Source: an uncultured Chryseobacterium sp. (lineage in GTDB: Bacteria; Bacteroidota; Bacteroidia; Flavobacteriales_F; PHOS-HE28). Taken from it: a DNA stretch of 48,688 nt. A program made the position numbers and the translations under genes. Shown here piece after piece: positions 1 through 8,444 of the stretch. The stretch is from contig CAZQFG010000002.1 in assembly GCA_964592515.1 (NCBI GenBank), positions 1-48,688 on the forward strand. Direction: 5' to 3'. Under the pieces are notes generated by a model. That model had not been told where the DNA came from, made no database searches, and worked only from the letters and a program-made list of their open reading frames with translations. Within the stretch, counting starts at the first letter, position 1. Each line of letters starts with the position of its first letter.

Positions 1-58
1 GGGCCTTCCGCCCCGAACAACGCGCCTCTTTTCGTCGTAGAACGCACGCCCCAAGACC

Positions 59-66
59 TACCTTTG
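59..66 (+). promoter_or_regulatory. Candidate Bacteroidota sigma-A -7 box (TACCTTTG) upstream of sucA
   Basis: Exact match to the TAnnTTTG -7 consensus described for Bacteroides/Flavobacterium promoters, 25 nt upstream of the sucA ATG at 92. No clean -33 TTTG at canonical spacing. Confidence 0.35.
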
Positions 67-91
67 CCCTCAGGATCCCCGGACCCCCTAC

Positions 92-2863
92 ATGGACAAG
101 TATCCCTACCGCAGCAACGGCGACAGCGCCTGGCTGGACGACCTGTACCAACAGTTCCAAAAGGACCCCGCGAGCGTTGATGCCGGTTGGGCCCGCTTCT
201 TCGAAGGGTTCGAACTGGCGCGCACTTCCTTCGATACGCTGCCCGGGGTGCAGTTCAAGTCCGGCGGCGACGAGCTCCTGCGCAAGGAGTTCCTGGTGCT
301 CGATTTCATCAACGCCTACCGCCAGCGCGGCCACCTCTTCACCCGGACCAACCCGGTGCGCGAGCGACGCAAGTACAGCCCACCCCTGGACCTGGCCACA
401 TACGGGCTTGGTGAGGCCGACCTGGACACCGTGTTCAGTGCCGGCAACGAAGTGGGACTGGGTCCGGCCAAATTGCGCGACATCATCGCCCTGCTGGAGC
501 AGACCTACTGCCAGAGCATCGGTGCCGAGTTCCGCTTCATCCGCAACCCGGAGAAGGTGAAATGGCTGCAGCAGCGCATGGAAAGCGTGCGCAACCAACC
601 CGATTTCACCATTGAGCAGAAGAAGGACATCCTGGAGAAGTTGAACGAGGCCGTGGTCTTCGAACGCTTCCTCGGCAAGAAGTTCATCGGCGCCAAGCGA
701 TTCAGTATTGAAGGTGCCGAGGCCCTGATCCCGGCGTTGGATACCGTGATCGAGCATGGCGCCGAGCTGGGCGTTACCGAGTACGTGATCGGCATGGCGC
801 ACCGCGGTCGCCTCAACGTGCTCGCGAATACGCTTCGCAAGAGCTACGACCAGATCTTCAGCGAGTTCGAGGGCAAGGACTATGAGGATTCGTTGGTGGA
901 GGGCGATGTGAAGTACCACATGGGATATAGCTCGGTGGTGAAGACCAACAAGGGCAAGGATGTGCGCCTTACCCTGGCCCCGAACCCCAGCCATTTGGAA
1001 AGTGTGGGTCCGGTGATGGAAGGCATCGCGCGCGCCATCATTGAGCACGACGACAAGTTCGAGAAGGGCATCACGGCCCCGATCCTGATCCATGGCGATG
1101 CGGCTGTGGCCGGGCAGGGCGTGGTGTACGAAGTGGTGCAGATGGCCGGCCTCAAGGCCTATGAAGTGGGTGGCACGATCCACATCGTGGTGAACAACCA
1201 GGTGGGCTTCACCACGAACTACATCGATGCACGCACCAGCACCTACTGCACCGATGTGGCCAAGGTGACGCAGTGCCCGGTGTTCCATGTGAACGGCGAC
1301 GATGCAGAGGCCGTGGCCTACACCATGAAGCTGGCCATGGACTACCGCCAGAAGTACGGCACCGACATCTGGGTGGACATCCTCTGCTATCGCAAGCACG
1401 GCCACAACGAAGGCGACGAGCCCAAGTTCACGCAGCCGGTGCTTTACAAGGCCATTGCCAAGCACCCCGACCCGCGTGAACTATATACGCAGAAACTGCT
1501 CGCCAGTGGGGTTGAAGGTGCACGCGAAATGGCCGAGGACATGGAGCGCTCCTTTACGGCCATGCTCGATGAGCGTCTCAACGAGGCCAAGCAGGTGCGC
1601 GTCGGCAAGATCACCAATTTCATGGCCGAGCGCTGGAAAGGCTTCAAGCGTGCCGAGGCCAAGGACTTCCGCACATCGCCCTCAACGGGAGTGAAGAAGG
1701 AGGTGCTGAAAAAGATCGGCGAGAAGCTCACAGAGCTGCACCCTGAAGGGAAGAAGTTCTTCAGCAAGCTGGAGAAGATCCTGAACGACCGCAAGAAGAT
1801 GATGGCCGATGAGACCCTGGATTGGGGCATGGCCGAACTACTTGCATACGGATCGTTGCTGGTGGAAGGGCATCCAGTGCGTTTCACCGGACAGGACGTG
1901 GAGCGCGGAACCTTCAGCCACCGCCACGCCGTGGTGAAAGTGGAGGACAGCGAGGAAGAGTACATCCACCTGAAGAACATCCAGGAGGGTCAGGCGCTCA
2001 TCCAGATCTACAACTCACTGCTGAGCGAATACGCGGTGCTCGGCTTCGAATACGGCTACGCGCTTACCAACCCGAACACACTCACCATTTGGGAGGCGCA
2101 GTTCGGCGATTTCGTGAACGGTGCGCAGATCATTTTGGACCAGTACCTGTGCTGCGCCGAGGAGAAATGGAACACACAGAACGGTATCATGCTGCCGCTG
2201 CCGCACGGCTACGAAGGCCAGGGTGCAGAGCATAGCAGTGCGCGCTTGGAGCGGTTCCTCAGCAGCTGTGCGGATCTGAACATGGTGGTGGCCAACTGCA
2301 CCACGCCCGCCAACTTCTTCCACATCATCCGTCGTCAATTAGCGTGGGATTTCCGGAAGCCGTTGGTGGTGTTCAGCCCCAAGAGCCTGCTTCGCCACCC
2401 GCGCTGTGTAAGCACGCTGGACGAGCTTGCCACAGGCAGCTTCCAGGAATTGATCGATGATCCGAGCGCCGACGCGAAGAAGGTGCGCACCGTGATCTTC
2501 ACGCAAGGCAAGGTGCACTACGATCTTGCGGAGCACCGCGACAAGAACGGCATCACCGACACCGCGTTGGTGCGCATTGAGCAACTGCACCCGCTGCCCA
2601 TCGAACAGATGCAAGCCGTGATCAAGAAGTACGGCAAGGCCGAGCGTTACATCTGGGTACAGGAAGAGCCGCGCAACATGGGCGCCTGGACACACATCCT
2701 CATGAACGCACAGCCTGCGCTCGGTATCACCTTCGAGTGCATCAGCCGTCCTGCGAGCGGTGCACCTGCCACCGGCAGCAGCAAGCGCAGCGCCAATCAG
2801 CAGATCGCCATCATCGAGCAGGCGTTCAGCAAGTCGGCCATCGCTGTAAAGGCAAAGGCCTGA
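92..2863 (+). CDS. sucA: 2-oxoglutarate dehydrogenase E1 component
   Basis: 923-aa ATG ORF. It has the typical OGDH N-terminus (NGDSAWLDDLYQQF), a ThDP-dependent E1 core (HGDAAVAGQGVVYE, NNQVGFTT) and a transketolase-like C-terminal half. The E2 gene follows directly. Confidence 0.97.
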   Translation: MDKYPYRSNGDSAWLDDLYQQFQKDPASVDAGWARFFEGFELARTSFDTLPGVQFKSGGDELLRKEFLVLDFINAYRQRGHLFTRTNPVRERRKYSPPLDLATYGLGEADLDTVFSAGNEVGLGPAKLRDIIALLEQTYCQSIGAEFRFIRNPEKVKWLQQRMESVRNQPDFTIEQKKDILEKLNEAVVFERFLGKKFIGAKRFSIEGAEALIPALDTVIEHGAELGVTEYVIGMAHRGRLNVLANTLRKSYDQIFSEFEGKDYEDSLVEGDVKYHMGYSSVVKTNKGKDVRLTLAPNPSHLESVGPVMEGIARAIIEHDDKFEKGITAPILIHGDAAVAGQGVVYEVVQMAGLKAYEVGGTIHIVVNNQVGFTTNYIDARTSTYCTDVAKVTQCPVFHVNGDDAEAVAYTMKLAMDYRQKYGTDIWVDILCYRKHGHNEGDEPKFTQPVLYKAIAKHPDPRELYTQKLLASGVEGAREMAEDMERSFTAMLDERLNEAKQVRVGKITNFMAERWKGFKRAEAKDFRTSPSTGVKKEVLKKIGEKLTELHPEGKKFFSKLEKILNDRKKMMADETLDWGMAELLAYGSLLVEGHPVRFTGQDVERGTFSHRHAVVKVEDSEEEYIHLKNIQEGQALIQIYNSLLSEYAVLGFEYGYALTNPNTLTIWEAQFGDFVNGAQIILDQYLCCAEEKWNTQNGIMLPLPHGYEGQGAEHSSARLERFLSSCADLNMVVANCTTPANFFHIIRRQLAWDFRKPLVVFSPKSLLRHPRCVSTLDELATGSFQELIDDPSADAKKVRTVIFTQGKVHYDLAEHRDKNGITDTALVRIEQLHPLPIEQMQAVIKKYGKAERYIWVQEEPRNMGAWTHILMNAQPALGITFECISRPASGAPATGSSKRSANQQIAIIEQAFSKSAIAVKAKA

Positions 2864-2908
2864 GAAGGATCAAGGAACAAACGGACCAACACATCACCTA
2901 CCAGTTAG

Positions 2909-4165
2909 ATGGCCACCGTCGATATCAAAGTCCCCAGCCCCGGAGAGAGCATCAGTGAAGTACGCATTGCGCAATGGCTCGTGAAGAGCGGCGATGTGGT
3001 GACCAAGGACCAGGTGCTAGCCGAGATCGATAGCGACAAGGCAACGCTGGAATTGAGCGCCGAGGCCGAAGGCAAAGTGGAACTGTTCGCTGCAGCGGAT
3101 GCCACGGTGAACGTAGGCGATGTGGTGGCCCGGATCGATACCAGCGTGAAGGCCGAGAGATCCGCCCCGGCCAAGGCTTCGGCGGATGAGAAAGCCAAGG
3201 CGCAGGCCCCGTCGCCTGATGCCAAGAAAGCGGCACCAGCTGTTTCTCCCTCGCCTGCGGCAACCGCCGCGCACGCCACACCGGTGGCCAAGGCCATGCT
3301 GGATGAGAAGGGTGTTGATGCGAGCAAAGTGAAAGGCAGTGGCCCCAACGGTCGCATCACCAAGAGCGATGTTGAAGCCTACATCGCCGGTGGCGTGGAC
3401 GCCAGCGACAAGCTGATGAACGGCTGGGGCGGCACGCGCAACGACAGCCGCGCCAAGATGACCACCCTGCGCAAGAAGGTGGCCGAACGCTTGGTGAGCG
3501 TGAAGAACCAGACCGCCATGCTCACCACCTTCAACGAGGTGGACATGAGCGCCGTGATGGCCCTGCGCGACAAGTACAAGGACAAGTTCAAGGAGCAGAA
3601 GGGCGTGAACCTGGGCTTCATGAGCTTCTTCACCAAGGCGGTGACCGAGGCGCTGCGCCTATATCCCACCGTGGGTGGGCAGATCCAGGGCGAAGAGATC
3701 GTCACCTTCGACTATGCGGACATCGGCATCGCGGTGAGCAGTCCGAAGGGTTTGATGGTGCCCATCGTGCGCAACGCCGAGCGCATGACGTTGGCCGAGA
3801 TCGAAGCAAAGATCAAGGAGCTCGCGATAAAGGCCCGCGATGGCAAGCTGAGCATCGACGAGATGACGGGCGGCACCTTTACGATCACCAACGGTGGCGT
3901 GTTCGGAAGCATGCTCAGCACGCCCATCATCAACCCGCCGCAGAGCGCCATCCTGGGCATGCACAACATCGTGGAGCGCCCGGTGGCCGTGAACGGTCAG
4001 GTCGTCATCCGCCCCATCATGTACGTGGCGCTGAGCTACGATCACCGCATCATCGACGGCAAGGAGAGCGTTAGCTTCCTGTACAAGGTGAAGGAGATGA
4101 TCGAGGATCCCAACAAGCTGGTGTTCGGCGGAAAGGATCCGGGGGAGGTGTTGTTGGGGCTGTAA
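2909..4165 (+). CDS. sucB: Dihydrolipoyllysine-residue succinyltransferase (2-oxoglutarate dehydrogenase E2)
   Basis: 418 aa. Domain order: one lipoyl domain ([11 protein letters not shown] lipoyl-lysine motif), an Ala/Pro-rich linker, a subunit-binding domain ([13 protein letters not shown]), and a catalytic domain with the DHRIIDG active-site motif. Confidence 0.96.
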   Translation: MATVDIKVPSPGESISEVRIAQWLVKSGDVVTKDQVLAEIDSDKATLELSAEAEGKVELFAAADATVNVGDVVARIDTSVKAERSAPAKASADEKAKAQAPSPDAKKAAPAVSPSPAATAAHATPVAKAMLDEKGVDASKVKGSGPNGRITKSDVEAYIAGGVDASDKLMNGWGGTRNDSRAKMTTLRKKVAERLVSVKNQTAMLTTFNEVDMSAVMALRDKYKDKFKEQKGVNLGFMSFFTKAVTEALRLYPTVGGQIQGEEIVTFDYADIGIAVSSPKGLMVPIVRNAERMTLAEIEAKIKELAIKARDGKLSIDEMTGGTFTITNGGVFGSMLSTPIINPPQSAILGMHNIVERPVAVNGQVVIRPIMYVALSYDHRIIDGKESVSFLYKVKEMIEDPNKLVFGGKDPGEVLLGL

Positions 4166-4211
4166 CACAGCTCAGCGCATACCGATCCATCTTTACGGCC
4201 GTTCATCCTGC

Positions 4212-4676
4212 ATGGCTGTCCCTTTCATCCTCCTGCTGACGTTGTTCTTCGGAACGCAGTCCGGTAGTGTAGTTCCCGTTGGGGAACAGGTCGCTGCCTT
4301 CGCTGAAGCATCCCTGAATAAAAAGGTCGGGCGCGGTGAGTGCTGGGACCTTGCGCAGTTCGCATTGAACAAGGCGGGAGCAACGTGGGATGGAGGCTAT
4401 GGCTTCGGCAATGCCGTGGACTGGCATAGGGAACTCGTGATGCGCGGTGATATCGTGCAGTTCGATCAGGTCATGATCGAACGACGGACGGAGCGGTCCA
4501 TGGAGCAAGTGGCCATGGGGCCGCACACCGCGATCGTGATCAAGGTGTTGGAGGAAGGTCGTTACATCATCGCTCATCAGAATTTCGGTCGTGCGGGACG
4601 CAAGGTGAGCCAGTTCGAATTGGTCATGGCCGATGTGAAGAAGGGTGACATCACCTTTTTCCGGCCGGTGCGCTGA
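4212..4676 (+). CDS. Small secreted protein, CHAP / NlpC-P60-like papain-fold (tentative)
   Basis: 154 aa with a hydrophobic N-terminus. The Cys (GECWDLAQF) ... His (GPHTAIV) ... polar (AHQN) order and spacing resembles CHAP-type amidases. By-eye only. Confidence 0.45.
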   Translation: MAVPFILLLTLFFGTQSGSVVPVGEQVAAFAEASLNKKVGRGECWDLAQFALNKAGATWDGGYGFGNAVDWHRELVMRGDIVQFDQVMIERRTERSMEQVAMGPHTAIVIKVLEEGRYIIAHQNFGRAGRKVSQFELVMADVKKGDITFFRPVR

Positions 4677-4770
4677 TGATGTACCCGATGCTATCGATGG
4701 TACGCTTCCGGTATCGGTCCCCTTATCAAGGCACGTTATTTGTTCGCGCTCGCGTACCTCATTCCTTCCC

Positions 4771-5499
4771 ATGAAACAGCGGTTCTTTCTGTTGCCATTG
4801 ATGCTCGGCATCGCCACTTCCTGTTCAGCACAGTTGCCCATGTCCATCAAGGACGCTGCAGGCAAGGTCACTGCCAAGCCGAGCGGCCTCACCAACGATG
4901 AAGTGATCGCTGGGTTGAAGGAGGCGCTGGGCAAAGGAGCCGAACAGTCCGTGAGCAAGAGTTCAACGCTCGATGGTTTCTGGAAGGATGATCGTATCCG
5001 CATCCCGTTCCCGGCGGAAGCGCAGAAGGTGAAGAACACCCTGACCAATATGGGTATGAGCGCGCAGGTGCAGGAGTTCGAGCTCACGATGAACCGCGCA
5101 GCGGAAGAAGCGGCCAAGGAGGCCTTACCGATCCTTCGCGATGCCATCCTGGGCATGAGCGTGAGCGATGGCTTCGTGATCCTGAAAGGTGGCGACCAGG
5201 CAGCCACGAACTACCTGCGCGAGAAGACCACCGCATCGCTTGCGGAGCGATTCCGCCCCATTGTGGAGCGTGCCACCAGCAAGGTCGCGCTCACCAGTTA
5301 TTGGACACCGCTTACTTCAGCCTACAACAAGGCCGGCACTTTCACGGGCCAGAAGGCTGTGGACACCGATCTGGATGGTTATGTCACACAGAAGGCCATC
5401 GAGGGGCTCTTTGTGCTGATCGCAGAGGAAGAGGCGCGCATCCGCAAGGATCCGATGGCTCGCACCAGCGATCTGCTACAGCGCGTGTTCGGTGGATAG
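4771..5499 (+). CDS. DUF4197-like secreted protein
   Basis: The ORF-track start at 4645 is over-extended. The ATG at 4771 gives the signal peptide MKQRFFLLPLMLGIATSCSAQ. The body (LTNDEVIAGLKEAL, MNRAAEEA, YVTQKAIEGLF, EEARIRKDP) matches my recollection of the DUF4197 family. Confidence 0.7.
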   Translation: MKQRFFLLPLMLGIATSCSAQLPMSIKDAAGKVTAKPSGLTNDEVIAGLKEALGKGAEQSVSKSSTLDGFWKDDRIRIPFPAEAQKVKNTLTNMGMSAQVQEFELTMNRAAEEAAKEALPILRDAILGMSVSDGFVILKGGDQAATNYLREKTTASLAERFRPIVERATSKVALTSYWTPLTSAYNKAGTFTGQKAVDTDLDGYVTQKAIEGLFVLIAEEEARIRKDPMARTSDLLQRVFGG

Positions 5500-5589
5500 G
5501 CGTACGGCTGTTCCTCGTTGCGCAAGTTCTCTTCGCTGATGAGTTTCAGGTCGAGCGTTAGATGATATCTACATCGCTCATCATGGAGC

Positions 5590-6057
5590 TCATTGCAGGA
5601 AAATATAGCCCTTGTAAATGGTGATGCCCCATAGGCGAACGCTATCCACGTTCTTGCCCGCAGTGCGTCCCGCTGTCCACTCACCAAGGTCGCGGAACAC
5701 GGCTTCCACTTGTTCATTGAAGGCTGCGTTCTTCGAATCCATCTTCACTTTCACCAGTGCGCCTTCGCAATTCACCCATGTGGAAACGGAGGCTCCTTTC
5801 GGCAGTTTGAACTTCGGGTTGTCCTTCAGGTAGGTAACGCCGCTGTTGAGCCGTGCTTGTATGGCCGCATCGCTCACGGTGCAGGTGGCCTGCTTCTGTC
5901 CATCGAATGTGTTCCAGAGGTGGTACACTTCTGTACTGTCGCATATGCCCTCCACATGCTCGGTCATTTGGACCTTGGCCGTGTATTGCGCGCAAAGGGG
6001 CAGCGCGGCGGTGAAGAGGGTGAACAGAAGGAAGTATCGGACTGCCGGGTGTAGCAT
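5590..6057 (-). CDS. Hypothetical secreted protein (C-terminal part weakly TonB-C-like)
   Basis: 155 aa, ATG start, signal peptide MLHPAVRYFLLFTLFTAALPLCAQ, four Cys. The tail (AFNEQVEAVFRDLGEWTAGRTAGKNVDSVRLWGITI) loosely follows the TonB C-terminal-domain pattern. Confidence 0.5.
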   Translation of the reverse strand: MLHPAVRYFLLFTLFTAALPLCAQYTAKVQMTEHVEGICDSTEVYHLWNTFDGQKQATCTVSDAAIQARLNSGVTYLKDNPKFKLPKGASVSTWVNCEGALVKVKMDSKNAAFNEQVEAVFRDLGEWTAGRTAGKNVDSVRLWGITIYKGYIFLQ

Positions 6058-6216
6058 GACTTCTGGTTTCGTTCTGATGGTTGCGGGAGAGGTTCGCCTA
6101 TGATCGAGGTCCCAATATAGCCAGCAGAGCGGCTAGGTGGAGCGTAGAAGGGTGCGATCTGTATTGGGTTTTACCTGCATTGCGTAGTTACCTTCACAAG
6201 ACCATCACAATAAGCC

Positions 6217-6822
6217 ATGCGCTACACATTGCTCTTTTTGTTGTCGTACGTGTCGCTGATCGCATCAGCGCGAGACCTGTTCGTTGTGCTGTACACCAGC
6301 GACGCGGAAGTGGTGGACATGTATTGTGAAACGGAGGAGATGAACACGGTGGCAAGTCCAGTGGTGTTGCGCTCGGTGGTGCTTACACGGGGTTCGGTGA
6401 ATTGGCATGCGGTGGGTGGTGTTCCTCCTTACACTGACCTGCGTGCCGAACGAGGCCCGGGAGGGTTGGTAACGGTTACCGTGATGGATGCGGCTTGCAA
6501 TACCTACACGGCTTGCGGCGTTGTGGGGGTGCGGCGAATAAGCAAGATGGTGAACTGTGCTTCCGATGATCCCGCGCAGGTGGCTGCGACACCTTTGCCC
6601 ACGTCCGCGGCGCCTCGGTATGGCACCGCAAAAAGCAGCGATCGCACGCGTACCTCCACCTCGGGGGATACACGTATGGCCCGGCCTACCAATAGCCGTA
6701 CTACCACAATAAGCGCTTCTCAGCGCACCGCAGTACGTACGCAAGGCCCATCGCGCCCAACACCTCGTACAACCACACCCGCCGCCAAGTCGGTGACGCC
6801 TGCAGCGACCAGGGGCCGCTGA
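6217..6822 (+). CDS. Hypothetical secreted protein with a basic Ser/Thr/Arg/Pro-rich tail
   Basis: 201 aa, ATG start, signal-like MRYTLLFLLSYVSLIASA. Contains one SprB-repeat-like motif (GGVPPYT ... VTVTVMDAACN). The last ~75 aa are low-complexity. Coding status is less certain than for its neighbours. Confidence 0.4.
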   Translation: MRYTLLFLLSYVSLIASARDLFVVLYTSDAEVVDMYCETEEMNTVASPVVLRSVVLTRGSVNWHAVGGVPPYTDLRAERGPGGLVTVTVMDAACNTYTACGVVGVRRISKMVNCASDDPAQVAATPLPTSAAPRYGTAKSSDRTRTSTSGDTRMARPTNSRTTTISASQRTAVRTQGPSRPTPRTTTPAAKSVTPAATRGR

Positions 6823-6915
6823 GCCCGGCAGAGGGCGTTGAGAGGCGGTAGTTCAGTTCCTGTCCGCATAAGTTGCATTCCACGCGCCACAGAGGTCTTC
6901 CGTTGCGCATGAATG

Positions 6916-7965
6916 TTAGTTACGATGGATAAGTACTGCGGTATTATGCTTGGTGCTGGTGCGGATCAGCAGTTGAAGGCGTTTCGTGCCGACCTTTAAT
7001 TGTGCGCTGGCGGTGTTGGGCGGTACGCGACCCTCGTTATGGGCAATTACGAGCACTTCATTGTTACCATGCGCGAGCTGGAGCACCAAGCGGTGACGTG
7101 AGTGGCTGAGGCTGTGTTCGTGCAGGACGACCTGTCCATTGAGGAGAACGCTTACCGTGTCCCCATCGATCTCGGCATTGTCCCAAAGCTTGAGCGTGGC
7201 GCGGTGAAGATGGGTGGCCACGGTGGCTAGTGTGTCGGTGCGGCGATCGTTATGGTACGGCTCTGGTGGCCGGTTCCCGGTAGGCGCGGACTTTTCCTTG
7301 GGTGGCCAACCAAAGTGATAGCGTAGCACGATCGCCAAATGATCGTCTGTGCCGGCAAAGTCAGCAATACCCGATGGGCCGGAGAAGTTGCTGGTCCAGG
7401 ACTTCGTTCGGTCGAGATGTGCCACATAACGAAGGCCGAACTCCATACGGTCATATCCATGGCCATTGGTGAAGACGACCTCCGGGGCAAGGTAGAGGCG
7501 CGTTAGCGTGGGTTCGCTGGAAACGACCTGGAACGGTTGCTTGGTCGATCGTTCCTCATTGAACTGCTGAAAGCTGTAGCCCGCTGCCAGGGCGAAACGA
7601 ACGGGCAGGTGGGATATGGCGGGAATGTCAGCGAGCTTGAAGAGGCGCAGCTCAGTGCGCTCAAGAAGATGGAACAGGTCCATGCTTACCGTGTCGACCT
7701 GCATATAGTAGCCTTGTGCGGCTGCTCCGCCCTGAACGGCGATGCCCCAGCTATCGCGGTGGGTAAAGGCGGCTCCAAGATCAAGTGCAAGGCCGACCAG
7801 CGGTAATGCGGCTGCGGAGGGCGTTGTATGCCCCATGAGGGAAGGGGCCTGGAAGGTGATACCGCCTCCCAGCACCAAACGGGTCCGCCATGGCGGTTGG
7901 CTTTGGCCCAATGCCGCAGTGCCGGAAAGAAGTGCGAGAATGATGATGCGGCGGTGGGCGTGCAC
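6916..7965 (-). CDS. Hypothetical outer-membrane/secreted protein
   Basis: 349 aa, GTG start at 7965 (no nearby ATG), signal-like HRRIIILALLSGTAALGQ. The N-terminal half has the alternating pattern of a beta-barrel. The C-terminal ~100 aa form a distinct domain (LKLWDNAEIDGDTVSVLLNGQ). Divergent from the giant adhesin. Confidence 0.5.
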   Translation of the reverse strand: MHAHRRIIILALLSGTAALGQSQPPWRTRLVLGGGITFQAPSLMGHTTPSAAALPLVGLALDLGAAFTHRDSWGIAVQGGAAAQGYYMQVDTVSMDLFHLLERTELRLFKLADIPAISHLPVRFALAAGYSFQQFNEERSTKQPFQVVSSEPTLTRLYLAPEVVFTNGHGYDRMEFGLRYVAHLDRTKSWTSNFSGPSGIADFAGTDDHLAIVLRYHFGWPPKEKSAPTGNRPPEPYHNDRRTDTLATVATHLHRATLKLWDNAEIDGDTVSVLLNGQVVLHEHSLSHSRHRLVLQLAHGNNEVLVIAHNEGRVPPNTASAQLKVGTKRLQLLIRTSTKHNTAVLIHRN

Positions 7966-8281
7966 TGTTGTGAGAGTTGATCCGAAGGGCGCGGGTGAGC
8001 GAATATCGCACCACTCCTCCTCATGGTATGGGGTTCATACACAACTCAAGGACCGCAAGGACCTGGTTGTTCTACTGGCAGTGAGGCCTGAATGATCGAC
8101 CAAGACGGGGGAGGCCCTGTGGTGCGGCGAATAGCGGTTTATCGTCGACGATCTGTTGGATTTCATTGTTCAATGGCGATGTGGACTTGGTGGTGTCATG
8201 TTCGGCTTTCCACGCTACGGCCCACATTATCCTGTTAACAAGTGTGATCCATTCGAGCGATCGATGCCATGGGGGGAGGTC

Positions 8282-8289
8282 TAGGTTTG
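8282..8289 (+). promoter_or_regulatory. Candidate -7 box (TAGGTTTG) for the giant adhesin operon
   Basis: Matches TAnnTTTG and lies 156 nt upstream of the preferred ATG at 8445. A G6 tract (8271-8276) lies in the putative spacer. Confidence 0.3.
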
Positions 8290-8444
8290 CCCTGCACCTG
8301 TTCTGTGCTTTTCCTGTTGCGGTCCTGCGATCTGTTCTCGGCCATATTGAGGACCAACGGCAAAAGGTGGATGAACCTTACACGGGGTCTGCCTCGATGG
8401 CTGATGGGAAAGGCTTGGGCATGTGCTTACATACTGGTCGGTAC

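Noticed and set aside
4203-5207. Long antisense ORFs opposite well-supported genes: 4203-5207, 19175-20191, 23040-24275, 25311-26330, 29623-30483, 37645-38340 and 38343-39149.
   Set aside because: Each lies opposite a gene with clear family motifs. None has recognisable motifs of its own, and such shadow ORFs are expected at this GC content.
8166-8444. N-terminal 93 codons of the track ORF for the giant adhesin (TTG start at 8166).
   Set aside because: The translation there has no signal peptide and looks random. A canonical signal peptide begins at the ATG at 8445, directly before the conserved H-x-x-GG-x-x-TYEC head that also starts the mature second adhesin.
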